NCBI GenBank assembly: GCA_041483715.1
Contig: JBGPGG010000001.1
Span: 8,936-72,935, forward strand
Reading direction: 5' to 3'
Source: Thermoanaerobaculia bacterium
GTDB taxonomy: Bacteria; Acidobacteriota; Thermoanaerobaculia; UBA5066; Gp7-AA6
DNA length: 64,000 bases
Positions 48,026-58,800 of this stretch are shown piece by piece. Position 1 is the stretch's first letter, and each line of letters opens with the position of its first letter. Under the pieces are notes generated by a model that was not told where the DNA came from, did not search any database, and saw nothing but the letters and a program-made list of their open reading frames with translations. The translations under genes were made by a program, and so were the position numbers.

Positions 48026-50800
48026 ATGCCCGTGAACGACTCGCCGCCCGTGCGGCCCGCCGGCGTCCTGCAGCCCTGGCAGCGGCGCCTCTACCGGCTC
48101 CTGCTCATCCCCCTGGGACTGATCGCGGCCAACTCGATCTACATCTCGGCCTTCACGCGCGACACCAGCTTTTTCTACGCGATGCTGCTGATGCACCTCG
48201 CGCTCGGACTGCTGATCGCGGTCCCCTTTTTCATCTTCGCGGTCACGCACGCCAAACGCATGATCCGGATGTGGAACAAGCGCGCGAAGTACGCGGGTCT
48301 GGCGATCTTCACGCTCGCAATCGTGTGCGTCGCGACCGGCGTGTTCATGACCCTCCGGGGGGCCACCCTCAACAACCGGGCCGTCTGGCTGGCGCACGTC
48401 AGTGCCGTGCCGCTCGCCCTCGTGGCGTTCATCCTCCACCGCCGCGCGCACGTCCACAAGCTCCAGTTCCGCCGCCTTTTCGCCTGGGGCGGCGCGGTCG
48501 CCGTCTTCCTCGGCGCGATGGCGGTCGTGGGCCGCCTCGAGAAGCCGCCCCGGCGCATCGCCAACGTCAATGGCGACACCGTCTTCTATCCCTCCTCGAG
48601 CGAGACGTTCGACCAGGGGCTCCTCGACGGGAAGAAGCTCGCGGCCAATGCCTACTGCAAGGAGTGCCACCCCGACTCCTTCCACCAGTGGGAGCGCTCG
48701 GCGCACCGCTTCTCGTCCTTCAACAATCCCTTCTACCGCAAGAGCGTCGAGCTCATGGCCGACCGCGTCGGCCGCGAGCGGACGAAATGGTGCTCGGGTT
48801 GCCACGACCCCGTCGTTCTTTTCACGGGCCAGATGGGCAAGGCGACGCAGGCGTCCTTCTCCTACGACTCGTGGGAGGCGCAGCAGGGCCTGACCTGCAT
48901 GTCCTGCCACTCGATCGCCGAGGTCAAGGACGTCAAGGGCAACGGCGCCTACGTCATCGAGGAATCGAAGCAGTACCCGTTCGCCTTCTCGGGCAGCAGC
49001 ACCCTGCGCGCCGTCAACCGCCTGCTCATCCGGATGGAGCCCTCGCTCCACCGCAAGACCTTCCTGAAGCCGTTCATGCGCACGCCCGAGTTCTGCTCCA
49101 CCTGCCACAAGGTGGGCCTGATTCCGGCGTTGAACGACTATCGCTGGCTGCGGGGCCAGAACCACTACGACACCTGGTACGACTCGGGCGTGTCGGGGCG
49201 TGCCGTGCGCTCCTTCTATGATCCTCCGAAGCCCAAGGCCTGCCGGGATTGCCACCTGCCGGGCTATCGCTCGGACGAGTTCGGCAACAAGAAGGGCTTC
49301 CTGCACGACCACGTCTTCCCCGCGGCCAACACGGCGCTCCCGTTCGTCCGCGGCGACAAGGAGACGGAGAAAAAGATCCGGGACTTTCTCGAAAACAACG
49401 TCCTGACGGTCGATCTCTTCGCCATCCGGCGCGGCGACGAGCTCTGGGTCCTCGGCGACACGCCCCCGGAAGTCCGGCCGGGCGAGACGCTCGACGTCGA
49501 GGTGGTCGTGCGCACGCGCGGCGTCGGGCACCCGTACACGAACGGGACGGCGGATTCGAACGAGACGTGGGTCTCGCTCGAGGCGGCCGGGGATTCCGGA
49601 AAGTTCTTCGAGAGCGGCGTGCTCGACGAGACGGGCCGGCTCGACGCCGCCGCGGACCGGCTCGCGACGCTCGTCATCGACGAGGAGGGCGGGCACATGG
49701 ACCGGCGCCAGCCCCAGGACATCCGGGTGCCGCTCTACAACAACGGCATCGGCCCCGGCGCCGCGCGCACCGTGCACTACCGCGTCACCGTGCCGAAGAA
49801 TGCGAAGGGTCCGATCACGCTTTCGGCGGGCACGCACTACCGCAAGTTCTCGCGCGACTTCACGACCTTCACGCTCGGCGCAGCACACCCTTCCCTGCCC
49901 GTGACGACGCTCGCGCGCGACACGGTGCGGTTGCCAGTCGCGCCCCTCACCCCCGACCCCTCTCCCGCCGGGAGAGGGGAGAACGCCGGGACAGCCCGCG
50001 GCAACCCGGACCCCCTCTGGCTGCGCTGGAACGACTACGGCATCGGGCTCTTCCTGCAGGGGGATCTCAAGGGTGCGGCGCGCGCGTGGACGAAGGTGGC
50101 ACAGCTCGCTCCCGACAAGCCGGACGGGCCGTTGAACCGCGCGCGGGCCGAGATCGCGGAAGGCCGGCTGGCCGACGCGAAGGCCTCGCTCGCCGAGGCC
50201 GAGCAGCGCCGGCCTGGCTGGGGCAAGACCGCCTTCTTCCGCGCGACGGTGGCCAAGGACGAGGGCCGCCTTGCCGACGCCGAAACGGACCTGAAAGCCG
50301 TGCTCGAGAAGTTCTCGCTCGACCGCGTGGCCTGGAACAACCTCGGGCTCGTCTACTGGCTGGACGGAAAGTTCCCCGAGGCCGTCGCCGCGTACGGGAA
50401 GACGCTCGCGATCGACCCGGAGGACGTCAACGCGCACTACAACCTGATGCGCGTCTACCGCGCGATGGGCGACCGCAAGAACGCCGACATCCAGGACGCC
50501 GCGTACCGCAAGTACAAGGAGGACGAGCCCATCCGAGCGATTGCGGGCGGCTTCCGCCTCGATCACCCCTGGGCGAACCGCGAGTCCCTGCCAGTCCACG
50601 TCCACGCGGAGTGCGAGCCGCCTGCCGCGGCCGTTCCGGCATGGGTGGCCACGATCGGACCTCACGGCTACGAAACGGACCGCGGCTACCTGACGAAGTC
50701 GCACCCTCCGGTGCCAAGCGAAGCCGCGCAGTGGCTGTATGCCACCGCGCACCCCCCCACCGCGCCCGTTGCGGTCCCTCGGGTGTCCTCGGTCCCCTGA
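48026..50800 (+). CDS. Membrane-anchored pentaheme c-type cytochrome with C-terminal TPR domain
   Basis: N-terminal ~170 aa with 4-5 TM helices. Five CxxCH motifs (CKECH, CSGCH, CMSCH, CSTCH, CRDCH). C-terminal TPR repeats (AWNNLGLVYWLDGKFPEAVAAYGKTLAIDP...). Confidence 0.75.
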   Translation: MPVNDSPPVRPAGVLQPWQRRLYRLLLIPLGLIAANSIYISAFTRDTSFFYAMLLMHLALGLLIAVPFFIFAVTHAKRMIRMWNKRAKYAGLAIFTLAIVCVATGVFMTLRGATLNNRAVWLAHVSAVPLALVAFILHRRAHVHKLQFRRLFAWGGAVAVFLGAMAVVGRLEKPPRRIANVNGDTVFYPSSSETFDQGLLDGKKLAANAYCKECHPDSFHQWERSAHRFSSFNNPFYRKSVELMADRVGRERTKWCSGCHDPVVLFTGQMGKATQASFSYDSWEAQQGLTCMSCHSIAEVKDVKGNGAYVIEESKQYPFAFSGSSTLRAVNRLLIRMEPSLHRKTFLKPFMRTPEFCSTCHKVGLIPALNDYRWLRGQNHYDTWYDSGVSGRAVRSFYDPPKPKACRDCHLPGYRSDEFGNKKGFLHDHVFPAANTALPFVRGDKETEKKIRDFLENNVLTVDLFAIRRGDELWVLGDTPPEVRPGETLDVEVVVRTRGVGHPYTNGTADSNETWVSLEAAGDSGKFFESGVLDETGRLDAAADRLATLVIDEEGGHMDRRQPQDIRVPLYNNGIGPGAARTVHYRVTVPKNAKGPITLSAGTHYRKFSRDFTTFTLGAAHPSLPVTTLARDTVRLPVAPLTPDPSPAGRGENAGTARGNPDPLWLRWNDYGIGLFLQGDLKGAARAWTKVAQLAPDKPDGPLNRARAEIAEGRLADAKASLAEAEQRRPGWGKTAFFRATVAKDEGRLADAETDLKAVLEKFSLDRVAWNNLGLVYWLDGKFPEAVAAYGKTLAIDPEDVNAHYNLMRVYRAMGDRKNADIQDAAYRKYKEDEPIRAIAGGFRLDHPWANRESLPVHVHAECEPPAAAVPAWVATIGPHGYETDRGYLTKSHPPVPSEAAQWLYATAHPPTAPVAVPRVSSVP

Positions 50801-50925
50801 TGCAGACACCGTCGGCTCGAGAGCGAAGGGCCCTCCTGCATCCCGTGGGCCGCAGGCCGCTCGTCATCCCGAGCGCCTCCGGCCCCTTGTCACGCAGGCC
50901 CCAGGGATCTCCTTCTCGTCACCCC

Positions 50926-52653
50926 GTGACTTCAAAGGGATCCCTCGCTGCGCTCGGGATGACAATCGCGGTCTGCCTCGCGCTCGGCTGCCGCCGCACG
51001 GCGAACGAGGCGCAGGCCCCCGTTCCGACTCCCGCGCCAACGCCGCCGCCCGCGATCGCATTCGCCGAGAAGGCTGCGGCGATGGGGATCGACTTCACCC
51101 ACGTGACCGGCGCGCAGGGCAAGAAGTGGATGCCGGAGACGATGGGAGGCGGCGTGGCCGTTCTCGACTACGACGGCGACGGCCGGCCCGATCTTCTCTT
51201 CGTGTCGGGCGCCTACTGGCCCGGGGACCAGCGCGCAGCAACGCAGAAGTCCTCGCTCGCCCTCTACCGCAACACAGGCTACGACGCGACGGGCCTGCCG
51301 CGCTTCGAGAACGTCACGCGTGCGGCCGGTCTCGAAAGGGTCTTCTATGGCATGGGCGCCTCGGTCGCCGACTACGACAACGACGGCCGGGACGACGTCT
51401 ACGTCACGGGCCTCGACGGGAACTTTCTCTTCCACAACCGCGGCGGCCGCTTCGAGGAGATTGCCGCGCGTGCCGGGCTCCGGGACTCGGGATGGGGAAC
51501 TTCGTCCGCGTGGCTCGACTACGACGGCGACGGGCTGCTCGACCTTTACGTCGGCCGCTACGTGGACTGGAGCCCGGAAAAGGACCTCTTCTGCACGCTC
51601 GATGGCAAGACGAAGTCCTACTGCACGCCCGAGCGCTACCCCGGCGGCTCCTCGCGCCTCTATCGCAACCTCGGCGACGGCCGCTTCGAGGACGTAACGA
51701 AGAAAGCGGGCGTCTACAACGACAACCAGAAGGCGCTCGGCGTCGCGCCCTGGGACTTCGACGGCGACGGAAGGATCGACCTGCTCGTCGCCAACGACAC
51801 GGCGCCGAACAATCTCTTCCGCAACAAGGGCGACGGCACGTTCGAGGACGTCGGGATCCCGGCGGGTGTGGCCGTCGACGAGGCCGGCCGCGCGCGAGGC
51901 GCGATGGGCGCGGCCTGGGCGGATACGAAGAACGGCAAGGGGCAGTCGGTGGCGATCGGCAACTTTTCGAATGAGCTCAAGTCGCTCTACTGGACGGACT
52001 CGGGCGAAGTCTTCCTCGACGAATCCCCGCGCAGCGGTGTGGGCCCCACGTCGTTGCTCGACCTCACCTTCGGCGTCCTCTTCTTCGACGCCGACCTCGA
52101 CGGGAAGATGGACCTGCTTCTCGCCAATGGCCACGTCGAGCCGACGGTGCAGGAGGTCCAGAAAGACGTCTCGTACCGCCAGCCCCCGGTTCTCTACCGC
52201 AACGCGGGCGACGGCCATTTCACGCCGCTCGGCGAGCGATCCGGCGACCTCGCGAAACCCCTCGTCGCGCGCGGGGCCGCGTACGCCGACCTCGACGGCG
52301 ACGGCGACCTCGACGTCATCCTGGTGGAAAACGGAGGGCCCGCGCGCGTGTACCTGAACCCGACGAACGCGCCGGCGAAAAGCGTCCGCGTGCATCTGAC
52401 GGGCGCCGGGAAGTCCAACCGCGACGCCATCGGCGCCCGCGTCACCGCCACCGTCGGACCGCGGACGCTCACCCAGCAGGTCTCCGGCGGCCAGTCCTAC
52501 CTCTCCGCCTCGGAAAAGACGCTGACCTTCGGCCTCGGCGGGGCGTCGAAGATCGACATGCTAGAAATCCGCTGGCCCGACGGCCAGACGCAAACGCTCA
52601 CGGACATTCCCGCCGGCGCGCGCCTGACGGTGCGACAGTCCCCGATCCCCTGA
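50926..52653 (+). CDS. CRTAC1-family lipoprotein (FG-GAP/VCBS repeats + ASPIC/UnbV C-terminal domain)
   Basis: GTG start gives lipoprotein signal MTSKGSLAALGMTIAVCLALGC. Repeated DYDGDGRPDL / DYDNDGRDD calcium-binding FG-GAP repeats. C-terminal NRDAIGARV...GGQSYLS...TFGLG UnbV_ASPIC. Confidence 0.7.
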   Translation: MTSKGSLAALGMTIAVCLALGCRRTANEAQAPVPTPAPTPPPAIAFAEKAAAMGIDFTHVTGAQGKKWMPETMGGGVAVLDYDGDGRPDLLFVSGAYWPGDQRAATQKSSLALYRNTGYDATGLPRFENVTRAAGLERVFYGMGASVADYDNDGRDDVYVTGLDGNFLFHNRGGRFEEIAARAGLRDSGWGTSSAWLDYDGDGLLDLYVGRYVDWSPEKDLFCTLDGKTKSYCTPERYPGGSSRLYRNLGDGRFEDVTKKAGVYNDNQKALGVAPWDFDGDGRIDLLVANDTAPNNLFRNKGDGTFEDVGIPAGVAVDEAGRARGAMGAAWADTKNGKGQSVAIGNFSNELKSLYWTDSGEVFLDESPRSGVGPTSLLDLTFGVLFFDADLDGKMDLLLANGHVEPTVQEVQKDVSYRQPPVLYRNAGDGHFTPLGERSGDLAKPLVARGAAYADLDGDGDLDVILVENGGPARVYLNPTNAPAKSVRVHLTGAGKSNRDAIGARVTATVGPRTLTQQVSGGQSYLSASEKTLTFGLGGASKIDMLEIRWPDGQTQTLTDIPAGARLTVRQSPIP

Positions 52654-52762
52654 GCCAGGTTCCCCCTCTGCCCGTGCCGATCGGGTGTACGATGCGGCGC
52701 ACCGGATTTCCGGCCGCGTAATCCCACCAACGCTTCGCATTCGCAGAAAAGGAGGAGAAGTC

Positions 52763-53227
52763 ATGATCCGAGGAACCCGCATCCTGATCGTCGCGCTCTC
52801 GCTCGCGGTGCTCGCGGGCGGCTCGCCCGGGACGGCCACCCCCGCCGACAGCCCGGAGCAGGCGATCGCGCAAATGGAGAGGGAATGGACCGAAACCGCG
52901 ATGAAGCACGACGCCGCGCCCCTCGAGCGGATCGTCGCGGACGATTGGACCGGGATCAACTGGGACGGAGCGAAGGGGACCAAGGCACAGCTCATCGCGG
53001 ACGTCAAATCGGGCAACTACAAGATCGAATCCGTCACGTTCGATCCCATCAAGGTGCGCGTGTTCGGGGACACGGCCGTCGCGACGGGCGGCGATACGGA
53101 AAAGAGTCAATACAACGGGAAAGACGCGAGCGGCCACTACATGTGGACTGACGTCTACGTCAAACGCAACGGGCGCTGGCAGGCCGTCGCCAGCCAGAAC
53201 ACGCGCTTTGAGACAGGAAAACCCTAG
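52763..53227 (+). CDS. Secreted SnoaL-like/DUF4440 (NTF2 fold) protein
   Basis: Strong RBS AAGGAGGA 7 nt upstream. Signal peptide MIRGTRILIVALSLAVLAGG. NTF2-like pattern ...YVKRNGRWQAVASQNTRF. Confidence 0.65.
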   Translation: MIRGTRILIVALSLAVLAGGSPGTATPADSPEQAIAQMEREWTETAMKHDAAPLERIVADDWTGINWDGAKGTKAQLIADVKSGNYKIESVTFDPIKVRVFGDTAVATGGDTEKSQYNGKDASGHYMWTDVYVKRNGRWQAVASQNTRFETGKP

Positions 53228-53378
53228 ATTCGCGAAGTGAGCGCCGCCGCGAAGGTCCAGGGCCAGGTCGTATTCGAGGACGGATGCGCCTTGGTTCCTG
53301 CGACGACGCGGCAGCGTTCCAAACCGAGCGCCGCCGGCCCGCCCGCGGGTAAGGTGCCCGGACGCGAAAGGCCCCGTT

Positions 53379-54119
53379 TCAGGCCCGGCCGAGCGCCGGG
53401 CGGCGGTCCCCGCCGAAGAGCTTGACGAGCACGAGCCCGGCGACGAAGCCGCCGATGTGCGCGCCGTACGCCACGCCGCCCATGTCGCCTCCCAGGATCC
53501 CGGCGCCGCTGACGAGCTGGAACACGAACCAGAAGCCGATCGCGACGAGCGCCGGCACCTCCATCACCGAATAGAGCCACAGGACGCGCACTCGCCGGTG
53601 CGGAAAGAGAACGATGTATCCCCCGAGCACGCCCGAGATCGCGCCCGAAGCGCCGAGACACGGGATGAGCGGATTGGCGCCGAGGGCCGCCGTCACAAGG
53701 ACGTGCGCGAGCCCCGCCAGGACGCCGGTCGCGAGGTAGAAGACGAGATACCGCGCGTGGCCGAGCGCGTCCTCCAGGTTGTCGCCGAAGATCCAGAGGT
53801 AGAGCATGTTTCCGAAGATGTGCGCGAAGCCGCCGTGCATGAACATCGCCGTGATGAGCGTGAGATAAACCGGGATCGGCGTCGGAAAGAGCTCGAGCGT
53901 CCCGACCGAGCGCCCATAGTCGTCCCGGATCGGGATCGGCTGCGCGATGTCCCGGCCGCTCAGGATCTCGGCAGGCACCGTGGCGAAGGCCATCGTGAAG
54001 CGCTCGTTCGACCCCATGCCCTGGAGGGCGACGAACACGAAGACGTTCGCCGCGATCAGCAGCCACGTCACGAACGGAGTCGTCCTTCGGTCGGAGTCGT
54101 CGTCGCCAATGGGGATCAT
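53379..54119 (-). CDS. Rhomboid-family intramembrane serine protease
   Basis: GASGAISGV (catalytic Ser) and HIGGFVAG (catalytic His); 6-7 TM helices. Confidence 0.85.
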   Translation of the reverse strand: MIPIGDDDSDRRTTPFVTWLLIAANVFVFVALQGMGSNERFTMAFATVPAEILSGRDIAQPIPIRDDYGRSVGTLELFPTPIPVYLTLITAMFMHGGFAHIFGNMLYLWIFGDNLEDALGHARYLVFYLATGVLAGLAHVLVTAALGANPLIPCLGASGAISGVLGGYIVLFPHRRVRVLWLYSVMEVPALVAIGFWFVFQLVSGAGILGGDMGGVAYGAHIGGFVAGLVLVKLFGGDRRPALGRA

Positions 54120-54147
54120 GCGGAGCTCGAGCCGAGTCTACCGCCCC

Positions 54148-55839
54148 TCATCGCGGAGCCGGCGCGACGTCGAGCTCGCCGCCCGGCCTCAGAACGTAGG
54201 ACTTTCTTGCAGGCACGTCGCGAAAGGTCTGCATCTGCCCGTCCGGCCAGCGGACCTCGATCCGCTCCGCCTTCTCCGCGGTCCCGAGGCCGAAGTGGAG
54301 CGGCACGAGGGAACCGGATGCGTACGATGGCGAAACCCTGTGCGTCTGGACCTGCGTGCGGCCGCCCGCGGTGACGGCGACATGCGTCTCGAGGACCGTG
54401 CGTCCGTCCGTGCCCTGCCGCGGCTCGATCGCGATCCAGTTCTGGCGGGCGCCGATCTCGTTCTCGAAGATCCGCACGGGACCGTCGATGTCCACCACCA
54501 CGAGATCGAGATCGCCGTCGCCGTCGAGGTCGGCCACCGCGCTGCCCCGGGCCACCATGCGCTCCTTCCCGAGATCGCCCGGACCCGCCCACTCCACGAA
54601 GAGCCCTTCGCCGAGGTTCTTGAGGAGGACAGTGAGCTGAGCGAACGCACGGTCGCCGGCCTCGACGTACTCCGCTCCCGCGCTCCGGTAGTGGAAAAGC
54701 ATCCGCGGCAATCGCGGCGCGAGGTGTCCCCCAACCGCGTAGAGATCGGGCCACCCGTCGTTGTCGAAATCGGCGAAGTGCGTTCCCCAGCGAACGGATG
54801 GCATGCCGATCCTTCCCGCCCCGGAGACTGCCCCCGCGTCCTCGAAGAGCGCTCCTTCCACGTTGCGGTAGAGGCTGTTCTCCTCTGCGCCGAAGTTGGT
54901 CACGAAAAGGCTATCGCGCCCGCCGCCGAAAGGATCGCCGACCGCGACACCCATCCCCGCTCGCGGCCGCTCTCCCAGTACTCCCGCCCCGGTCTCGGCG
55001 GTCACCTCCTCGAACCGGCCGTCGGCGCGGTTGCGGAACAGGCGGTTGGAGACGCGGTCGTTGACGAAGTAGAGGTCGGGCCTCCCATCGCCGTCGTAGT
55101 CGAGGACGGCGATTCCGAGCGTCTTCGTCTCCGTCGGCGGAATGAAAAGGCCGGCCTCTGTCGTCACGTCCCGGAACTTCCGTCCGCCGAGGTTGCGAAA
55201 GAGGTGAGAGGGCTGGCCGACGTAGTCCTCCGGCACCCGCAGCTGAAACTGGGGCTGCGCGGCTTCCCACTCGGGCGTCGAGTCGAGGTAGTTCGCGACG
55301 GCAACGTCGAGCTTTCCGTCTCCGTCGTAGTCGAGAAACGCCGCCCCGACGGAGAAGAGAGGGTCCTCGAGGCCCGTGTCCTTTCCTTGCTCGAACGTGC
55401 CGTCGCCGCGGTTCCACCAGGCCGCGTTCGGGCCCACGTTGGTCAGGTAGAGGTCGAGCCGGCCGTCCCCGTCGAGGTCGGCCCAGAAGGCGCCCATCCC
55501 GAGGCCGCAGGCCCGAATGCCGGACTTGTCCGTCACGTCCTGGAAACGGCCGCCGCCGACGTTGCGGAAGAGGCGCCCGCAGTGATCGGTATTGGGTTTG
55601 CCCCAGCGCGGAATCGAATTGGTGACGTAGAGGTCGGGGCGGCCGTCCCCGTCGTAGTCGCCCACCGCGCAGCCGCCGATCATCGTGGCGATGAGCTTCA
55701 GGCGCATCAGGTCCGAGCGGACCTGCATCTTCACGCCGGCGGACCGGGTCACGTCTTCGAAGACGCCGAGCTTCTTTGCCGGCCCCGTCGCACAAAGCAA
55801 AACCGCGCCGAGCGCCACACCGACGAACGACCTCTTCAC
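54148..55839 (-). CDS. CRTAC1-family secreted protein (FG-GAP/VCBS + ASPIC/UnbV)
   Basis: GTG start overlaps the stop of the upstream paralogue (GTGA). Signal peptide MKRSFVGVALGAVLLCA. DYDGDGRPDLY repeats. C-terminal RTQVQTHRV..SGSLVPLHFGLG UnbV_ASPIC. Confidence 0.75.
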   Translation of the reverse strand: MKRSFVGVALGAVLLCATGPAKKLGVFEDVTRSAGVKMQVRSDLMRLKLIATMIGGCAVGDYDGDGRPDLYVTNSIPRWGKPNTDHCGRLFRNVGGGRFQDVTDKSGIRACGLGMGAFWADLDGDGRLDLYLTNVGPNAAWWNRGDGTFEQGKDTGLEDPLFSVGAAFLDYDGDGKLDVAVANYLDSTPEWEAAQPQFQLRVPEDYVGQPSHLFRNLGGRKFRDVTTEAGLFIPPTETKTLGIAVLDYDGDGRPDLYFVNDRVSNRLFRNRADGRFEEVTAETGAGVLGERPRAGMGVAVGDPFGGGRDSLFVTNFGAEENSLYRNVEGALFEDAGAVSGAGRIGMPSVRWGTHFADFDNDGWPDLYAVGGHLAPRLPRMLFHYRSAGAEYVEAGDRAFAQLTVLLKNLGEGLFVEWAGPGDLGKERMVARGSAVADLDGDGDLDLVVVDIDGPVRIFENEIGARQNWIAIEPRQGTDGRTVLETHVAVTAGGRTQVQTHRVSPSYASGSLVPLHFGLGTAEKAERIEVRWPDGQMQTFRDVPARKSYVLRPGGELDVAPAPR

Positions 55840-58800
55840 TGCTGACTGCTCACCGCCGACTTCATCGCGTCCACGAACTCCCCCGGCCCCCCCCGCCGCG
55901 TCAGGTAGTCCCGAACGAACTCGCGGTGCGCGTCGGTTTCCGGGAAGGAGAGCTCGCCGTAGAGCGCGTCGTCCATGCCGTGAAACGGGAACGGCGCGAC
56001 GGTCTGGCCGGCCACCGTGTTCTTGTCCGCGTCCTTGTCCCAGCCGTCGAGCACGAGGACGTAGTCGCGCACCCAGCCCTCGGGCACGGCTGCAAGCGCC
56101 CCCGCATCGAAGCGCAGCCGCACCGCGTCGCCGCCCTTCATCACCACGTAACGGTCGTCCGCGGCGTGCAGGAGCTCGCGCACGTCCCCGAAGCGCGTGT
56201 AGAGACCCGCCATGTCGGCCCAGCGCCGCTCCTTCGAGACGTCGTCGTGAACGAACACCTGCGGACCGTCGGGAGACTCCCGCCGCATCCGCGAGAATCC
56301 GCGAAAGGAGAGCTCGGCGCCTGAGAGCGGGATCGCGGTCATCCGCAGCGGGGCGGGCGCCTCGTCCACCGTGTAGGCGATCCGGTCCCAGAAGATCGCG
56401 AGGTTCGTCCGGATCCGCACCCGCGGATCGCCGCGATCGAGCACATCGGACAGATCCACGGGCATGGTCTTGGTCTTGCCTGCGGGATACCCCATCGAGG
56501 TGATCGCCGTCTTCCAGCCCCCCCGCCCGTCCGGAACTTCCAGCAGCGGGGCGGAGGCCGCGATGTCCTTGCGCTGAGCGAGAGACACGTTGATCGAGGT
56601 GTCTGCATAGAAGATCCAGCCGGTCAGGTAGAGCATGACCCTTCCGCCCGCGCGCGCCTCCGACAGGTCGAGCACGAGCTCGTGCGGCTCGACCAGGCCC
56701 TGGTATCGCGTCGGCGCGAAGCCCGCGAGGAAGACGCCATCCTCGGCGGCGATCTCAACCGTGCGGTCGCGCCCGTCGCCGTCCACCGCCCGCGGCGTGA
56801 AGGGCCGGGAGACCGTGAAGATCTCCTTCGGCGGAAACGGCGGCGGCACCATCTTCTCGTTCGAGACGAGGGCGACGCCGGCCAGGTGGTCCACGGCGTA
56901 AAGCTCGGCCAGATCGAAGTACGCCGTCTCCCAGAGCTCCTCGGTGAAGTCCAGAGTGAGCGTTGCGCCCGACGGCTCGAGCCAGTCACCGGGAACGACG
57001 AGCCACTCACGCGTGTCGGCGGCCGCCTGGTGGACGCCGTCGAACAGCAGTCCGGCCGGGGCGCGCCCGAGGACGTCGGTCACGAAGTGCCAGCGCGCGC
57101 CGTCGAAGGCGTAGAGGAAGGGACAGGAGCCCTTCAACTGCTGCACCTCGCGCAGCACCGTTTTCACCGGCGGATCGAGCGCGTTCTGCGGCACGCCGTT
57201 GGTCCAGACGATACGGAGCACATCTGCTTTGCGGCGCGCGCCGAGGCCGAGCCGCGTGACCGGGCGCGACGCAACGCGATACACGTAAAGATCCTGCGCC
57301 CGGGCCTCGACCTCGGAACCGAAGCCGAAGCGATTGACCTTGGCCGAGCCCGTGGGAAGGCCTTCCAGCGCGACGTCGATCCAGCCGTTCGCGTTGCCGC
57401 CCCGGTTCTCGAAGAGAGCGACCGAGCCGTCGGGCAGGACGAGCGCCAGGTCGAGGTCGCCGTCCCCGTCGAAATCCACCGCCTCGGCGTCGCGCGCCGC
57501 GGGCAGCGTCCCGACGCTTGCCGCAGCGAAGTTTCCGGTCCCGTCGTTGCGGTACAGCGCCGAGGGCCCAAGCGGGCTCCCGAGGAAGAGGTCCAGAAAT
57601 CCGTCGTTGTCGTAGTCGAAAAGGATCGGCGCCGCCCCGGCGCCGACGGGCAGGGCCGCGCCGAAAGTCCCGTCGCCGCGGTTCAACGCCACGAAAGCAC
57701 CCGCGTCGCTCGTCCAGACGAGGTCGACGCGGCCGTCGCCGTTCAGGTCGCCGGCCGCGCCGGCGAGGATCGCGCCCGTCTTCGGGAGCCCGGCGTCGCG
57801 CGCAGTCAGGCGCCCGCCCCGCAGGTTGTCATAGAGGATGAAGCCGCCCTCCCGGCGCGCGAGCAGGAGGTCCACGTCCCCATCGCGGTCGAAGTCGGCA
57901 GCGACGGCGAATCGCGACGTGGTGCCCGGGGCAATGCCCGACGCCGAAGCGATGTCGGTCCACGTTCCGTCGAGATTGTTGCGCAGCAGGTGGTCGCCCG
58001 CCTTCGACGACACGTACAGGTCGAGGTCGCCGTCCGCGTCCACGTCGAACGGGACGATGCGTTCCCCCGCGGCGATCGCGACTCGGGCGTAGCCCTCGCC
58101 GTCGTGGATCCAGAGCGAGCCCGGCGTGACGAGATCGAGCGAGCCCGAGTTGGTGACGTCGGCGACGGCGACGTCGGCGGCGCCGGACCCAGGGATGGGC
58201 ACTCCGGGCCGGTATCCCGCCGCCGAAGCCGCGGCGACACGCAGGCCGGCCTCCCCAGCCAGGACGAGGTCGCGGGCGTCTCTTCCCGCCGCGCGGACCA
58301 TGGCGGCCCCGACGACGCCCTCGAGCCCCGCGTCCGCCTTCGGCGCAAAGGAGACCGGAATCGGGCTCGGGGCACGGGCGCGAAGGACCCCGGAAAGGAC
58401 GGGACCCCAGTTCTCGAGCGGCAGACCGAGGACGCCGGGCTCGACGTCGCGGCGGGCCTGCTGGTAGCGCGGCGTCGCGCGCAGGATGTTCTCGGCAATG
58501 CGGTACTTGAGCGAGGCTCCGCGCGCGTCGCCGGCCTCGAGCGCCTGCCTTCCGTCCGCGAGGGCCTGGTCGAGCTTCGCCTCGCCGGCGACGAGGGCCG
58601 CGAGCCGGTCCGATGCCGCGATGGCCCCAGTCGTCTCCCCCTCGGCGCGCAGGAGCTCACCGAGGCGGACGAGCAGGAATGCGTTGGCGGGAGCCTGCGC
58701 GAGAGCGGCCTCCACGTCGCGGATCGCGGCGCGGCGGGACGCGTCTCCCATCTCCGCCAGGAGGCGGGACGCGTTCCACAGAGAGGCGACGTCCCGCGGC

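Noticed and set aside
47963-50810. 948-aa minus-strand ORF antisense to the pentaheme cytochrome
   Set aside because: No motifs. The sense strand has five CxxCH sites and TM helices.
50800-50925. ATG at 50800 (TGATG overlap with cytochrome stop) as start of the CRTAC1 lipoprotein
   Set aside because: It would place a 42-aa hydrophilic extension in front of the lipoprotein signal peptide. GTG at 50926 gives a canonical n-h-lipobox (LALGC) arrangement. The overlap is kept as a note only.
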